A DNA stretch of 64,000 bases from Geopsychrobacteraceae bacterium (GTDB taxonomy: Bacteria > Desulfobacterota > Desulfuromonadia > Desulfuromonadales > Geopsychrobacteraceae): contig OY759353.1 of the NCBI GenBank assembly GCA_963662315.1, forward strand, positions 896,001 to 960,000. Direction: 5' to 3'. Position 1 is the stretch's first letter. The number at the start of each line of letters is the position of its first letter. Of this stretch, positions 9,257-20,094 are shown in pieces. The translations under genes and the position numbers were made by a program. A model generated the notes under the pieces. The model was not told where the DNA came from. It saw only the letters and a program-made list of their open reading frames with translations, and searched no databases.

Positions 9257-10480
9257 TTATGAACAAACTTTGGTAACCATCCGGCACTCATCACAATCGA
9301 GAGGGGTTGGTTCGTTACGATTATACAAAGGACTCATTTCGCGCAAACGCTGCACGATCGGCGGCAGTTCCTGCAAAACGAAATCAATATCTTCTTCGGT
9401 ATTATCAGAACCGAGGCTGAATCTGGTACTGGAATGAGCAAGCACCACTTCAACCCCCATCGCCCCCATGACATGGGAGGGCTCAAGAGAACCGGACGTA
9501 CAGGCAGAGCCTGAAGACGCTGCAATACCTTTCATATCAAAGAACAGCAATAGCGACTCTCCTTCAATATAGTTAAAACTGACATTAAGGGTATTCGGCA
9601 AGCGCAGGTCAGCGTTGGGATGTCCATTCAGTTTCACTTCGGGGATCGCACTAAGAATACCATGCTCAAGTTTATCCCTGAGCTTACGAACATAGGCATA
9701 TTCGCTATCAAGATTCTTTTTGGCCAGTTCGCAGGCCACACCAAGACCGACAATGGCGGCGACATTATGGGTTCCGGCCCGGCGATTTCGCTCCTGGTGA
9801 CCACCATGCATAAAACGGGTCAATTTGGTTCCACGCTTGACATAAATGGCTCCAACGCCTTTGGGGGCACCAATTTTATGTCCGGACAATACGGCAAGAT
9901 CAACATTGGCCTTCCGTACGTCAACAGGCACTTTACCAACGGCCTGTACGGCATCGGTATGAAAACGGACTTTATGTTTTTTGGCAATCTGTCCAATGTC
10001 TTCAATCGGAAACAGGTTGCCGGTTTCATTGTTAGCCCACATAACAGAAATCAATATGGTCTTGTCGGTAATAGCCGCTTCAAGCTCAGCAAGATCGAGA
10101 GAACCATCCTTGTCAACCCCGAGGTAGGTCACTTCGTACCCATGCTTCTCAAGATAATCACAGGTTTCCAGAACAGCCGGGTGTTCAACGGCCGTAGTAA
10201 TAATGTGATTGCCCTTATCTTTCAAAGCATCTGCGGTACCCTTGATGGCGAAGTTATCACCTTCACTGCCACAGGAGACGAACACGATTTCTGCTGGTGA
10301 ACAGTTCAACAGATCGGCAACCTGCTGCCGTGCAGTTTCAATGGCACCACTTACCATCCGTCCGGCCCAGTGAACACTGGACGGGTTTCCGAATTGTTCA
10401 CGATAATAAGGCAACATCGCCTCCAACACTTCTTCCTTAACCCGCGTCGTTGCGTTGTTGTCCAAATAAATCTGCTTCAC
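9257..10480 (-). CDS. iscS: Cysteine desulfurase IscS/NifS (group I)
   Basis: YLDNNATT, GNPSS, EHPAV, NNETG, HTDAVQ, SGHK, SSGSACTS; located between Rrf2 and iscU. Confidence 0.95.
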   Translation of the reverse strand: MKQIYLDNNATTRVKEEVLEAMLPYYREQFGNPSSVHWAGRMVSGAIETARQQVADLLNCSPAEIVFVSCGSEGDNFAIKGTADALKDKGNHIITTAVEHPAVLETCDYLEKHGYEVTYLGVDKDGSLDLAELEAAITDKTILISVMWANNETGNLFPIEDIGQIAKKHKVRFHTDAVQAVGKVPVDVRKANVDLAVLSGHKIGAPKGVGAIYVKRGTKLTRFMHGGHQERNRRAGTHNVAAIVGLGVACELAKKNLDSEYAYVRKLRDKLEHGILSAIPEVKLNGHPNADLRLPNTLNVSFNYIEGESLLLFFDMKGIAASSGSACTSGSLEPSHVMGAMGVEVVLAHSSTRFSLGSDNTEEDIDFVLQELPPIVQRLREMSPLYNRNEPTPLDCDECRMVTKVCS

Positions 10481-10517
10481 AGCAATCCTCCGGTTTTACA
10501 AAATAATGATAATTAAA

Positions 10518-10955
10518 TTAGCTGTTGATCGCTTTCAGGTCCATCCGTCGGCGACCCTCTTCAGTTAGATCTTGAAGGGTCAGGGATGACAGAAACTGAC
10601 GAATCTGCGCTCCTAAACCTTGCCACACCATCTGTGTTGCACATTCAAAATCACATTTACAGCTACCGTCCGAATTCATGCAACCAACCGGAACGATAGT
10701 CTCTTCAACGGTATCAATAACTTCATCAAGATGAATCTGATCAGCGCTGCGCGCAAGAACATACCCCCCACCGGGACCACGCACACTATTGACTATGTTG
10801 CCACGCCGCAGCTTGACAAACAGCTGCTCAAGGTAATTGAGTGATATTTTTTCCCGCTCTGAAATATCCTTAATGGATACCGGCATACCATCACTGGTCA
10901 GATTAAGGCTTACAAGAGCGCGAACAGCATATTGTGCTTTGGTAGACATTCTCAT
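10518..10955 (-). CDS. iscR: Rrf2-family regulator, IscR-like
   Basis: [32 protein letters not shown]-terminal Cys cluster; upstream of iscSU. Confidence 0.85.
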   Translation of the reverse strand: MRMSTKAQYAVRALVSLNLTSDGMPVSIKDISEREKISLNYLEQLFVKLRRGNIVNSVRGPGGGYVLARSADQIHLDEVIDTVEETIVPVGCMNSDGSCKCDFECATQMVWQGLGAQIRQFLSSLTLQDLTEEGRRRMDLKAINS

Positions 10956-11656
10956 GAAATAGCTTCCTCACCCTGCTCGAGTTGTTGATAGTGCTTAAGT
11001 TCGGATTGTAGACGTTGTTGCTCTGCTTTCAAATCTTCAACCTGATCTTCCAGCCGCCGAATCTGATCAAATACACAGCTTACCGCTTTGGCAACCGGGT
11101 CTGGAAGATTGTCGTGCTCCAGATCAAAGCCCGGTTTACGTTCTCCGGAAATAACAACACGCCCGGGTATGCCAACAACAGTGGCATTTTGGGGTACCTC
11201 TTTAACAACAACCGAATTGGAACCCACCTTGCTGTTATCACCAACTTTAAATGGGCCGAGAATTTTCGCTCCTGAACCGACCACGACATTATCGCCAAGA
11301 GTCGGATGGCGTTTTTCCTTAGCCCAGCTGGTCCCTCCCAGGGTCACTCCGTGGTAAAGGGTGCAATTATTGCCGATCTCAGCAGTTTCGCCGATAACAA
11401 CTCCCATACCGTGGTCAATAAAAAATCCACGCCCAATAGTTGCTCCGGGATGAATCTCAATTCCGGTCAAAAGCCTCCCAACATGAGACACAAAACGCCC
11501 GGCAAGTTTAAACCCATGAATCCAAAGCCAGTGCGACAAGCGGTAAAACAGCAAAGCATGAAATCCCGGATAGCACAAGATGATCTCAAACACACTGCGA
11601 ACTGCAGGGTCCCTGTCGAATACGACCTTAAGATCTTCTTTAATTGTTGAAAACAA
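10952..11656 (-). CDS. cysE: Serine O-acetyltransferase
   Basis: [46 protein letters not shown] start at 11656 after GGAGGT. Confidence 0.95.
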   Translation of the reverse strand: MFSTIKEDLKVVFDRDPAVRSVFEIILCYPGFHALLFYRLSHWLWIHGFKLAGRFVSHVGRLLTGIEIHPGATIGRGFFIDHGMGVVIGETAEIGNNCTLYHGVTLGGTSWAKEKRHPTLGDNVVVGSGAKILGPFKVGDNSKVGSNSVVVKEVPQNATVVGIPGRVVISGERKPGFDLEHDNLPDPVAKAVSCVFDQIRRLEDQVEDLKAEQQRLQSELKHYQQLEQGEEAIS

Positions 11657-11773
11657 GGGTGACCTCCACCACAAAATATCGCCCCACAGGATCAGGACAA
11701 GCATCTCAACCTCATGATAGGATGCTATAATTATTACTCATTTACTAGTACGACTTGTTATGTCACGATTATC

Positions 11774-11822
11774 ATACCCGACTATTTCTGTCAATTTTTT
11801 TTAAAACAGTTTGGTCAGGTAT
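11774..11822 (-). promoter_or_regulatory. Putative IscR type-1-like operator(s) overlapping the cysE-iscRSU promoter
   Basis: ATACCCGACTATTTCTGTCAATTTT (11774-11798) resembles ATASYYGACTRWWWYAGTCRRSTAT. An adjacent half-site ATACCTGACC lies on the minus strand, and minus-strand TTGACA is at 11789-11794. Confidence 0.6.
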
Positions 11823-12003
11823 TATTGCTAGCGAAAAAACCTCCAGTTACCATCAAAATTCGACCAGACCACAAACTAAAGCGGCTTACCAGTCGACAGA
11901 AGATATATTTTTAACTATACTTTCCTCCATTCAATTTAATGGCTGTCAATCATCAACTCATGCGTACCCAAAACACAGGGACATCAAACCAAGGAGCGAG
12001 AAG

Positions 12004-13626
12004 ATGCCAGATTTTACCTATCAAAATCCGATGCCATTGGGACCGGAAAAAACCACCTATTACAAAATCGAAGGCTCGGAACAATATGTCGAGACAATCT
12101 CTTTCGATGGCAAACCCGTACTCAAGGTTGCTCCCAAAGGATTAACCACCCTGGCTAATACCGCCATGCGCGACGTTTCATTCTTGCTGCGCCCCGATCA
12201 TAACGAACAGGTCGCTAAAATCCTCAGCGATCCGGATGCCTCAGATAATGACCGTGGCGTTGCCATGGCCTTTTTGCGTAATGCTGAAATTGCTGCCAAT
12301 TTTGAACTCCCCCTTTGTCAGGATACCGGCACTGCTACCATCATCGGCAAAAAAGGGCAACAGGTATGGACCGGCTGCAATGATGCCGAGATGATTTCTA
12401 AAGGTGTATTCAAAACCTATACCGAAGAGAACCTCCGCTACAGCCAAACTGTCGCTTTAGACATGTATAAAGAAAAAAATACCGGCACCAACCTGCCCGC
12501 CCAGATCGATCTCTATGCTGAAGAAGGCGATGCGTACAAGTTCCTTTTCATCGCCAAAGGCGGTGGATCTGCCAATAAATCTATGCTGTATCAGGAAACC
12601 AAAGCCTTGCTTAACCCAGAAAAACTTGAAAGCTTCCTGATTCAGAAGATGAAAACCATCGGTACCGCAGCCTGCCCTCCTTACCACTTGGCCTTTGTCA
12701 TTGGAGGCACCTCTGCCGATGCCTGTATGAAAACGGTTAAGTTGGCAACAGCTCGTTACCTCGACGAACTTCCGACCGAAGGGAATGAACACGGTCAGGC
12801 TTTCCGTGACACCGCCCTTGAAGCAAAACTACTTGAAGCTGCTCAAAAGTTAGGCATCGGCGCACAATTTGGAGGCAAGTATTTTGCTCATGATGTGCGT
12901 GTCATCAGACTCCCCCGTCATGGAGCTTCCTGCCCGGTTGGCATGGCGGTCTCCTGTTCGGCAGACCGTAATATCAAGGCTAAGATTACCAAAGAAGGTC
13001 TGTTCATCGAACAACTTGATCGCAACCCAGGCAGATTAATTCCAGAAAAATACAAAACCGGTAAGCACAGCAACGGCACCCGCATCAATCTTGACCGACC
13101 GATGACAGAAGTCCTTGCCGACCTGTCAAAACTTGAAGTTGGCTCTCCGTTACTGCTGGACGGCACTATCGTTGTTGGTCGCGATATTGCTCACGCCAAA
13201 TTTAAAGACATTCTGGATAGCGGCAACCCACTGCCTGAATATCTGAAAAAGCACCCTATCTACTATGCCGGCCCTGCTAAGACCCCTGAAGGTAAGCCAT
13301 CTGGCTCATTCGGACCAACCACGGCCGGCCGTATGGACAGCTATGTCGGGCTACTGCAGGAAAATGGCGGCTCCATGATCATGATTGCCAAAGGGAATCG
13401 TAGCCAGCAGGTTACGGATGCCTGCGCTAAAAACGGTGGTTTTTACTTGGGATCAATTGGTGGTCCAGCTGCAATTCTGGCCGAAGAAAATATCAAAAAG
13501 GTCGAATGTATCGACTTCCCTGAACTTGGTATGGAAGCTGTGTGGAAAATTGAAGTTGTTGACTTCCCAGCTTTTATTCTGGTTGACGACAAAGGGAACG
13601 ACTTTTTCAAGAAACTTGGCCTCTAA
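12004..13626 (+). CDS. Class I (Fe-S) fumarate hydratase
   Basis: [57 protein letters not shown]. Start trimmed to ATG 12004 after AGGAG. Confidence 0.95.
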   Translation: MPDFTYQNPMPLGPEKTTYYKIEGSEQYVETISFDGKPVLKVAPKGLTTLANTAMRDVSFLLRPDHNEQVAKILSDPDASDNDRGVAMAFLRNAEIAANFELPLCQDTGTATIIGKKGQQVWTGCNDAEMISKGVFKTYTEENLRYSQTVALDMYKEKNTGTNLPAQIDLYAEEGDAYKFLFIAKGGGSANKSMLYQETKALLNPEKLESFLIQKMKTIGTAACPPYHLAFVIGGTSADACMKTVKLATARYLDELPTEGNEHGQAFRDTALEAKLLEAAQKLGIGAQFGGKYFAHDVRVIRLPRHGASCPVGMAVSCSADRNIKAKITKEGLFIEQLDRNPGRLIPEKYKTGKHSNGTRINLDRPMTEVLADLSKLEVGSPLLLDGTIVVGRDIAHAKFKDILDSGNPLPEYLKKHPIYYAGPAKTPEGKPSGSFGPTTAGRMDSYVGLLQENGGSMIMIAKGNRSQQVTDACAKNGGFYLGSIGGPAAILAEENIKKVECIDFPELGMEAVWKIEVVDFPAFILVDDKGNDFFKKLGL

Positions 13627-13653
13627 GGCTGCTCTCTCTACCGTGTAAAAGGC

Positions 13654-13684
13654 AAAAAGCCCCGTAAGAATTACGGGGCTTTTT
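13654..13684 (+). terminator. Intrinsic terminator after fumarase
   Basis: AAAAAGCCCCGTAA-GAA-TTACGGGGCTTTTT. Confidence 0.9.
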
Positions 13685-13818
13685 GTTTCCAGCTGAATTA
13701 ACACGCTATTTTTACTGATCTTCACAGACGAAAATGATACATATCAGTGCTGTTATCAGACAGTAGGTTTAGGTTACAATCATCACAACCAATAAATAAT
13801 ATCCCTCTTTATGAAGCG

Positions 13819-14008
13819 TTAGCTAGTGTTCATTCGGAAACGGCCCTTTTCCGCTGTGGCGGTGTCAATCTGCGGGTTTTCTTGTGCGGCGTAAAGCACT
13901 ACGCCTCCGCGCAACCCCTTGATTTCCTTACCACAACGAAAAATTGCTCGTTTCCAATCTGAAAACTTAGCCGTTGCTCTTCGGAGTTTCCGGAGGGCAA
14001 CTAGCTAA
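13819..14008. mobile_element. Putative MITE-like non-autonomous element (~190 bp)
   Basis: Imperfect 23-bp terminal inverted repeats TTAGCTAGTGTTCATTCGGAAAC / GTTTCCGGAGGGCAACTAGCTAA, CTAG at both ends, internal hairpin GGCGTA-AAGCAC-TACGCC, no transposase. Confidence 0.6.
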
Positions 14009-14026
14009 ATAACAATCAGGACCGCC

Positions 14027-16546
14027 ATGACATCCGCATTTTTTAAGCTGTATACAAATACAATTCTTAAACACCCCATTATCAGTATCATTCTTATTCT
14101 GTGTATTGTATTTGGTATCGGCAGCTATGCACGCAATTTCCACCTTGATGCTTCCGCCGACTCGTTACTTCTCGAAAATGATCAGGACTTAAAATACTTT
14201 CGCAGCATCAACCATCAATATGGCAGTGGTGACTATCTGGTTATTGCCTACACACCTAAACAAGACCTTTTTGCCGATGAGACCCTGAACGATTTGCGGC
14301 AACTGACCAGCGAATTGAAACAGCTTGATCGCGTTGAGTCGGTCTTAAGTATTCTAGACGTGCCTTTGATTGACAGTCCGCGTGCGTCATTAAGTGACCT
14401 TAGCCAGAAGATCCGGACCCTTGACAGTGAAGGGACAGACAAGGATCTTGCCCGGCACGAATTTCTAACCAGTCCTCTCTATAAAAATATGCTGGTTAGC
14501 CCAGACAGTAAAACGACTGCCCTGCAGATCACCTTTACGCCAGACATAAAATACCGTGAATTGCTTGAAGTACGTAATTCCCTGCGCGAAAAGAAATTAA
14601 GCGGTCCATTTTCAACCCAGGACCAGATACAACTCGATAGTGCCAGTGACGCCTACGACAATTACAGCCGCATGGTTGCTGACCGTGAAGCTGACGATAT
14701 TGCCAAAATTCGCGCTATCATGGCCAGACATCGCGGGCCTCAAGCTGAGCTTTTTTTAGGCGGAGTAGCGATGATTGTCACCGACATGATCGATTTCATC
14801 CAAAGCGACCTCGCCTCATTTGGACTTGGTGTACTGACTTTTCTCGTTGCCATGCTGATCCTTATCTTCAGGCGTAAGCAATGGGTCCTGCTCCCATTAA
14901 TCTGCTGTTTTTCAGCGGTCCTATTCATGTTTGGTTTTCTCGGCCTGGTGGACTGGAAGGTTACCGTTGTATCATCCAACTTCACCTCTTTATTGCTGAT
15001 CATCACCTTGTCACTGTGCGTGCACCTGATTGTTCGCTATAACGAACTCTACGAAGAAATGCCGCAAGCCAACCACCTGGAACGCGTCAAGGAAATGGTC
15101 CGATCAAAGGCCATACCCAGTATTTATACAGCCCTGACCACTATTGTTGCTTTTGTTTCACTGCTGACCAGCGATATCAGGCCGGTCATCGATTTCGGCT
15201 GGATGATGGCTATCGGTATCACCTTTGCTTTGTTATTGTCGTTTATTATTTTCCCGGCCGGCCTTGCCCTGTGCAAACCACCAAGAGAATTCAAACCAGG
15301 CATCGATATTACCGGTTACATCACCCGCTCCTGTACGCACTGGGTTGAAAAACGTCAAGCAGCAACCTTAGTGATGTTTTTTATTATTACCGCTATTTCT
15401 GTCGCTGGGATTACCAGACTGACAGTTGAAAATAAGTTCATCGACTATTTCAAACCTACGACTGAAATTTACCAGGGGATGGAACTGATCGATCGTCAGT
15501 TGGGCGGTACGACACCATTAAGTATTATTCTGGATGCTGATCCCGATTTTTTTACAGCCCGGAAATCCGCTACAGAAAACAAGGAAGAAGACCCCTTTGC
15601 TGATGATTTTTTTGGTGAAGCAGCAACAGCAGACAGTGGCCTTTCCGGGAGCAGCTACTGGTACAACAGTTACCAGATCGACACGATTGAAAAGGTCCAT
15701 GACTACCTTGAACAACTCCCGGAAACCGGCAAAGTGTTGTCAATGGCCACTACCTTCAGAATGATGGAAATGGTCAACGGAGATGTCCCCCTGGACAACA
15801 TTTCCTTATCCGTAATCCACAAAAAGCTCCCTTCACTTATTGAAAAGACCCTGTTTGCACCTTACATGTCTGCCGATGGCAACCAACTGCGCTTCAGTTT
15901 ACGCGTTATCGATTCCGAACCGAACCTGCGCCGCGACGCGTTCCTTAGGAAAGTCCATTCAGCCCTTATTGAACAGTTTCATCTCAAACCTGAGCAGGTA
16001 CATCTGACAGGGATGTTTGTTCTTTACAATAACGTGCTGCAGAGCCTCTTCGATTCTCAGATCATGACCATTGGGGTTGTGTTTCTTGTCATCATGGGAA
16101 TGTTTGTTATACAATTCAGATCCCTGCGCCTGGCGATTATCGCAATCATTCCCAACCTGATTTCTGCGGCGACAGTTCTTGGCCTAATGGGACTGATGGG
16201 AATCCCTTTGGACATTATGACCATTACCATTGCGGCAATCACCATCGGTATCGCGGTCGACGACACAATCCACTACATCCATCGCTTCAGTGAAGAATTG
16301 GACCTGGACGGTGATTACTTGGCCGCTATGAAGCGCTGCCACGAAAGTGTCGGTCGGGCTATGTACTACACCTCAATTATCATCGTCGCCGGATTTTCCA
16401 TTCTAACCCTGTCAAACTTCAATCCGACCATTTACTTTGGGTTGTTTACCGGCATTGCCATGTTGATAGCCATGATTGCCAACCTGACCTTACTTCCTCT
16501 GCTACTGATTCTGCGGAAAGGGTCCCGGAAGATCCGCGCACAATAA
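14027..16546 (+). CDS. MMPL/RND-family exporter
   Basis: Two halves, each with a large periplasmic loop plus TM bundle; TALTTIVAF, GIAVDDTIHY. Confidence 0.88.
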   Translation: MTSAFFKLYTNTILKHPIISIILILCIVFGIGSYARNFHLDASADSLLLENDQDLKYFRSINHQYGSGDYLVIAYTPKQDLFADETLNDLRQLTSELKQLDRVESVLSILDVPLIDSPRASLSDLSQKIRTLDSEGTDKDLARHEFLTSPLYKNMLVSPDSKTTALQITFTPDIKYRELLEVRNSLREKKLSGPFSTQDQIQLDSASDAYDNYSRMVADREADDIAKIRAIMARHRGPQAELFLGGVAMIVTDMIDFIQSDLASFGLGVLTFLVAMLILIFRRKQWVLLPLICCFSAVLFMFGFLGLVDWKVTVVSSNFTSLLLIITLSLCVHLIVRYNELYEEMPQANHLERVKEMVRSKAIPSIYTALTTIVAFVSLLTSDIRPVIDFGWMMAIGITFALLLSFIIFPAGLALCKPPREFKPGIDITGYITRSCTHWVEKRQAATLVMFFIITAISVAGITRLTVENKFIDYFKPTTEIYQGMELIDRQLGGTTPLSIILDADPDFFTARKSATENKEEDPFADDFFGEAATADSGLSGSSYWYNSYQIDTIEKVHDYLEQLPETGKVLSMATTFRMMEMVNGDVPLDNISLSVIHKKLPSLIEKTLFAPYMSADGNQLRFSLRVIDSEPNLRRDAFLRKVHSALIEQFHLKPEQVHLTGMFVLYNNVLQSLFDSQIMTIGVVFLVIMGMFVIQFRSLRLAIIAIIPNLISAATVLGLMGLMGIPLDIMTITIAAITIGIAVDDTIHYIHRFSEELDLDGDYLAAMKRCHESVGRAMYYTSIIIVAGFSILTLSNFNPTIYFGLFTGIAMLIAMIANLTLLPLLLILRKGSRKIRAQ

Positions 16547-16653
16547 ATCTTTAAACAAACAAAGAAAAAGCTGGAGTCCCACGCCCAAATGGGATATATT
16601 GCGTATCTTTTGTCTGAATTTCAGGCATTTAACACATTTAAAACGAGAGTCAC

Positions 16654-18423
16654 ATGGTTGAAGAAAACAGTTTATCCTTTGCAGATCTTGATCTTGCCCC
16701 GGCAATTATTAAAGCACTGAAGGAAGTTGGTTACGAAACACCAACCCCGATCCAGGCACAAAGCATTCCTCTTCTCCTGGAAGGAAAAGATTTATTAGGG
16801 CAAGCACAGACCGGTACAGGAAAAACTGCCGCGTTCTCCCTGCCGCTACTCAGCCGTTTAAAACCGCGCATGAATAAACCCCAGGTGCTGGTCATGACGC
16901 CAACGCGCGAACTCGCGTTACAGGTCTCTGAATCAATTCAGATCTATGCGCGCCACATCAAGGATTTCCACGTTCTCCCCCTTTACGGAGGCCAGAACAT
17001 GGGACAACAGTTGCGTCAGCTGCAGCGCGGCGTTCAAATTGTTGTAGGTACCCCGGGTCGCATCAAAGACCACCTGAATAGAAAAACCCTAAAACTCGAT
17101 GAACTGTCAGCCGTTGTTATTGACGAAGCTGATGAAATGCTCAAAATGGGGTTCATTGACGATGTGCAGGAGATCTTGTCCGCAGCACCGGAAAATCGTC
17201 AAACTGCGTTGTTTTCGGCGACCATGCCTAAAGAAATTCTGAAAATCGCTCATACATACCTGCGCGCACCAATCGAGATCAGAATTAAAAGCAAAACATC
17301 CACGGTTGAAAAAATCTCTCAGCATTACTGGCAGGTAAAGGGTCTGCACAAGCTTGATGCCCTGACCCGAATTCTTGAAGCTGAAGATACCGATGGCATG
17401 ATCATATTTGTGCGCACCAAACTTGCGACGGTTGAGCTGGCTGAAAAGCTTGAAGCACGTGGTTTTTCAAGTTCCGCCTTAAATGGTGATATGACCCAGA
17501 TGTTACGGGAAAAAACCATTGAGCGCCTCAAAGACGGATCGCTCGATATTGTTGTCGCTACAGATGTCGCTGCCCGCGGTCTCGATGTTACCCGTATCAG
17601 CCACGTCATCAACTATGATATCCCCCACGATGTTGAATCCTATATCCATCGTATCGGTCGTACCGGTCGTGCCGGACGTGAAGGGAAAGCTATTCTGTTT
17701 GTCGCCCCGCGTGAAAAGAGAATGTTGTCCATCATTGAAAGAGCCACCAAACAACCGATCAAACCGATGGCGCTGCCAAGCAGGAAAGATATTACCAATA
17801 AACGGATCGATGCATTTAAAGAACAAATTGCATTAACCCTTGAGTCCGAAGAACTGGAGTTTTTTGAAGAGCTTATCGATGACTTCCAGTCCGAATATGA
17901 AGTAGGACATCGCCGGACTGCTGCGGCTCTTGCTTATCTGCTGCAAAAGGAACGCCCACTGCAGCTTGATGATCTACAGGAAGAGGTTATTGAAACACCC
18001 AGGGGTTCTGACAAACATTCTGGCAGCCGTAAGCCCAGTGCCGATACGGCAATGCAGACCTACCGCATTGAAGTGGGCAAGGTCCATGGCGTACAACCGG
18101 GAAATATTGTCGGGGCATTGAGCAACGAAGGGAAAATCGACAGTCGCTCCATTGGCCGAATCGGCATCTGTGATGATTTCAGCCTGATTGACCTGCCTCA
18201 GGGGCTGGATCAGGAAACCCTGCACAAACTTAAGAAAATCTGGGTTTGTGATGAACAATTACAACTGAGCCCTTACGGGGGAGATGCCGACAAGCAAAGG
18301 ACATCCAGGCCGCCTCGCAAACCGAAAGGGACTAAAGGAGATGCTCGTTCAAAGTCTCCTTATGACCGAAAGCCTCAGGCCGGAAAACGCAGCCCACGTA
18401 ATAAGCGTGGCAAAAACGCATAA
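16654..18423 (+). CDS. deaD: DEAD-box RNA helicase DeaD/CsdA type
   Basis: AQTGTGKT, PTRELA, DEAD, SAT, ARGLD, HRIGRTGR, C-terminal DbpA-like RNA-binding domain. Confidence 0.9.
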   Translation: MVEENSLSFADLDLAPAIIKALKEVGYETPTPIQAQSIPLLLEGKDLLGQAQTGTGKTAAFSLPLLSRLKPRMNKPQVLVMTPTRELALQVSESIQIYARHIKDFHVLPLYGGQNMGQQLRQLQRGVQIVVGTPGRIKDHLNRKTLKLDELSAVVIDEADEMLKMGFIDDVQEILSAAPENRQTALFSATMPKEILKIAHTYLRAPIEIRIKSKTSTVEKISQHYWQVKGLHKLDALTRILEAEDTDGMIIFVRTKLATVELAEKLEARGFSSSALNGDMTQMLREKTIERLKDGSLDIVVATDVAARGLDVTRISHVINYDIPHDVESYIHRIGRTGRAGREGKAILFVAPREKRMLSIIERATKQPIKPMALPSRKDITNKRIDAFKEQIALTLESEELEFFEELIDDFQSEYEVGHRRTAAALAYLLQKERPLQLDDLQEEVIETPRGSDKHSGSRKPSADTAMQTYRIEVGKVHGVQPGNIVGALSNEGKIDSRSIGRIGICDDFSLIDLPQGLDQETLHKLKKIWVCDEQLQLSPYGGDADKQRTSRPPRKPKGTKGDARSKSPYDRKPQAGKRSPRNKRGKNA

Positions 18424-18437
18424 TCAGAATTCATCTC

Positions 18438-18472
18438 TTCCCGCGCTGATAGTCAAACCATCAGCGCGGGAA
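18438..18472. terminator. Hairpin between convergent deaD and cfa, overlapping the cfa stop
   Basis: TTCCCGCGCTGAT-N9-ATCAGCGCGGGAA, a perfect 13-bp stem with no clear U-tract. Confidence 0.55.
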
Positions 18473-19579
18473 CTCCAGTCGTTCTCCCAGACCATGCTTT
18501 GAAAACACAATCTGCCACAACTGATTTTCACGAACACGGAAAGAACCGGCACTTGCAAGCAGATAATATTCCCACATCCGTCTGAATTTTTCGCCGTATG
18601 AGCCTTTTAAATCGTTCCAGCTTCCCTGAAAATTGTCATACCAGGCCATCAGGGTTTTATCATAGTCCGGGCCAAAGCTATGCCAATCCTCCAGAACCAT
18701 TAACCCTTCAAAAGATTTACTGATCTGTTGCGACGATGGCATCATGCCATTGGGGAAAATATAGCGGTTAATCCAGGGATCCGTACGCTGTGATGGTGTA
18801 TTGCCACCAATGGTATGCAACAGAAAAAGACCATCATCTTTCAACAGCTGAGAAACCTTTTTGAAATAGGTCCGGTAATTTTTATAACCGACATGCTCAA
18901 ACATACCAATACTGACAATGCGATCAAATTCTCCGGTTAAAGTACGATAGTCCTGCACCCGGATATCAATCGGATAACCGCGACAGTTCTCTTTAGCCAG
19001 CTCAGCCTGAGCTGTGGAGATGGTAATGCCAACCACCTCAACACCGTAGCGCTCAACCATAAATCTAGCTGTCCCTCCCCAACCACAGCCGATATCGAGA
19101 ACCTTAAGCCCCGGTTCGAGATGCAGTTTACGACAGGTCAGATCCAACTTGTGTTCCTGAGCCTCATCAAGATTATCTGTATGAGCCCAATAGGCGCAAC
19201 TGTAAATCATCCGCTCATCCAGCATGCGTTGATAGAGATCATTGCCGACATTGTAATGCTTTTCACCGACTTGCCAGGCGCGATGCAATGACTGACAATT
19301 CAAGAGCTTAGCTTTCAAGGCATCCAGATAAACAATCAATGATTTGAATTTTTCATTCAGCCGAGCTTTTAGCAGCTTTGAAATCAACTGGTCTATGGCT
19401 TCAGCATCCCACCAGCCTTCCATGTAAGCTTCCCCAAAACCAAGACTGCCCTGAGCCATGACACGCCGGAACAAGCGGTCATTTTTTACGTGAATATCCC
19501 AAGGACGATGACCATTGACTAATATATCAGCCTGATCAAGCATACTCTGAACACGGTAACGTAAACGGTCCTCTCCCAT
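18461..19579 (-). CDS. cfa: Cyclopropane-fatty-acyl-phospholipid synthase
   Basis: GSLGFGEAYMEGWW, HYNVGNDLY, YSCAYW, LDIGCGWGG, SIGMFEHVG, WINRYIFPNG. Start trimmed to ATG 19579. Confidence 0.95.
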   Translation of the reverse strand: MGEDRLRYRVQSMLDQADILVNGHRPWDIHVKNDRLFRRVMAQGSLGFGEAYMEGWWDAEAIDQLISKLLKARLNEKFKSLIVYLDALKAKLLNCQSLHRAWQVGEKHYNVGNDLYQRMLDERMIYSCAYWAHTDNLDEAQEHKLDLTCRKLHLEPGLKVLDIGCGWGGTARFMVERYGVEVVGITISTAQAELAKENCRGYPIDIRVQDYRTLTGEFDRIVSIGMFEHVGYKNYRTYFKKVSQLLKDDGLFLLHTIGGNTPSQRTDPWINRYIFPNGMMPSSQQISKSFEGLMVLEDWHSFGPDYDKTLMAWYDNFQGSWNDLKGSYGEKFRRMWEYYLLASAGSFRVRENQLWQIVFSKHGLGERLEFPR

Positions 19580-20094
19580 ACCATTCCCCTGAGCTGGTGA
19601 TATTAAATGTGCATGTACTCTTAACGAAATTAACCAGAACGTCAGACAGCACCGGAGGGGTCCATGCAGGTGGTTAACATGGCTAAAACAACCTGCAGAC
19701 AATCAATCGATAAGATTCAATTGATAGCAGAATTACGCATGTTTAGCAGATACTGTTAGCAGTTAAACCACTCACCGATCCAGTTATTAAAAAGCTCTCT
19801 CCTTCAACACATACATGCATACAGGTAAAAAATGATCAAATTTTAAAATTAATCCTATATTACAAAGGCTTACCAAACTTTAATAAGTTGTCAAGCAGGT
19901 CGGAGAAGACACAGACACACGCGAAGCGAGAATAATTGACTTAAGCAGTATTATGATTGACCTATACCTCAGTAACCGACCAGAATCGATAGAGATACCA
20001 AATGGAAGTCATATTGAAGCATCCCAAAGCACAGAATAATTATTTTTTGTTAAGACAAAGCCCTGCCCTTTACTACCGGACAGGGCAAGGAACC

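Noticed and set aside
11755..12003. N-terminal extensions in the ORF track (fumarase, and similarly cfa, sod, cysE, amrA, purB, PxxKW)
   Set aside because: Family-typical N-termini and Shine-Dalgarno sites point to downstream starts; the extensions cover promoter DNA.
13747..13962. 71-aa ORF between fumarase and MMPL
   Set aside because: Runs through the palindromic MITE-like element, has no RBS or motif; likely spurious.
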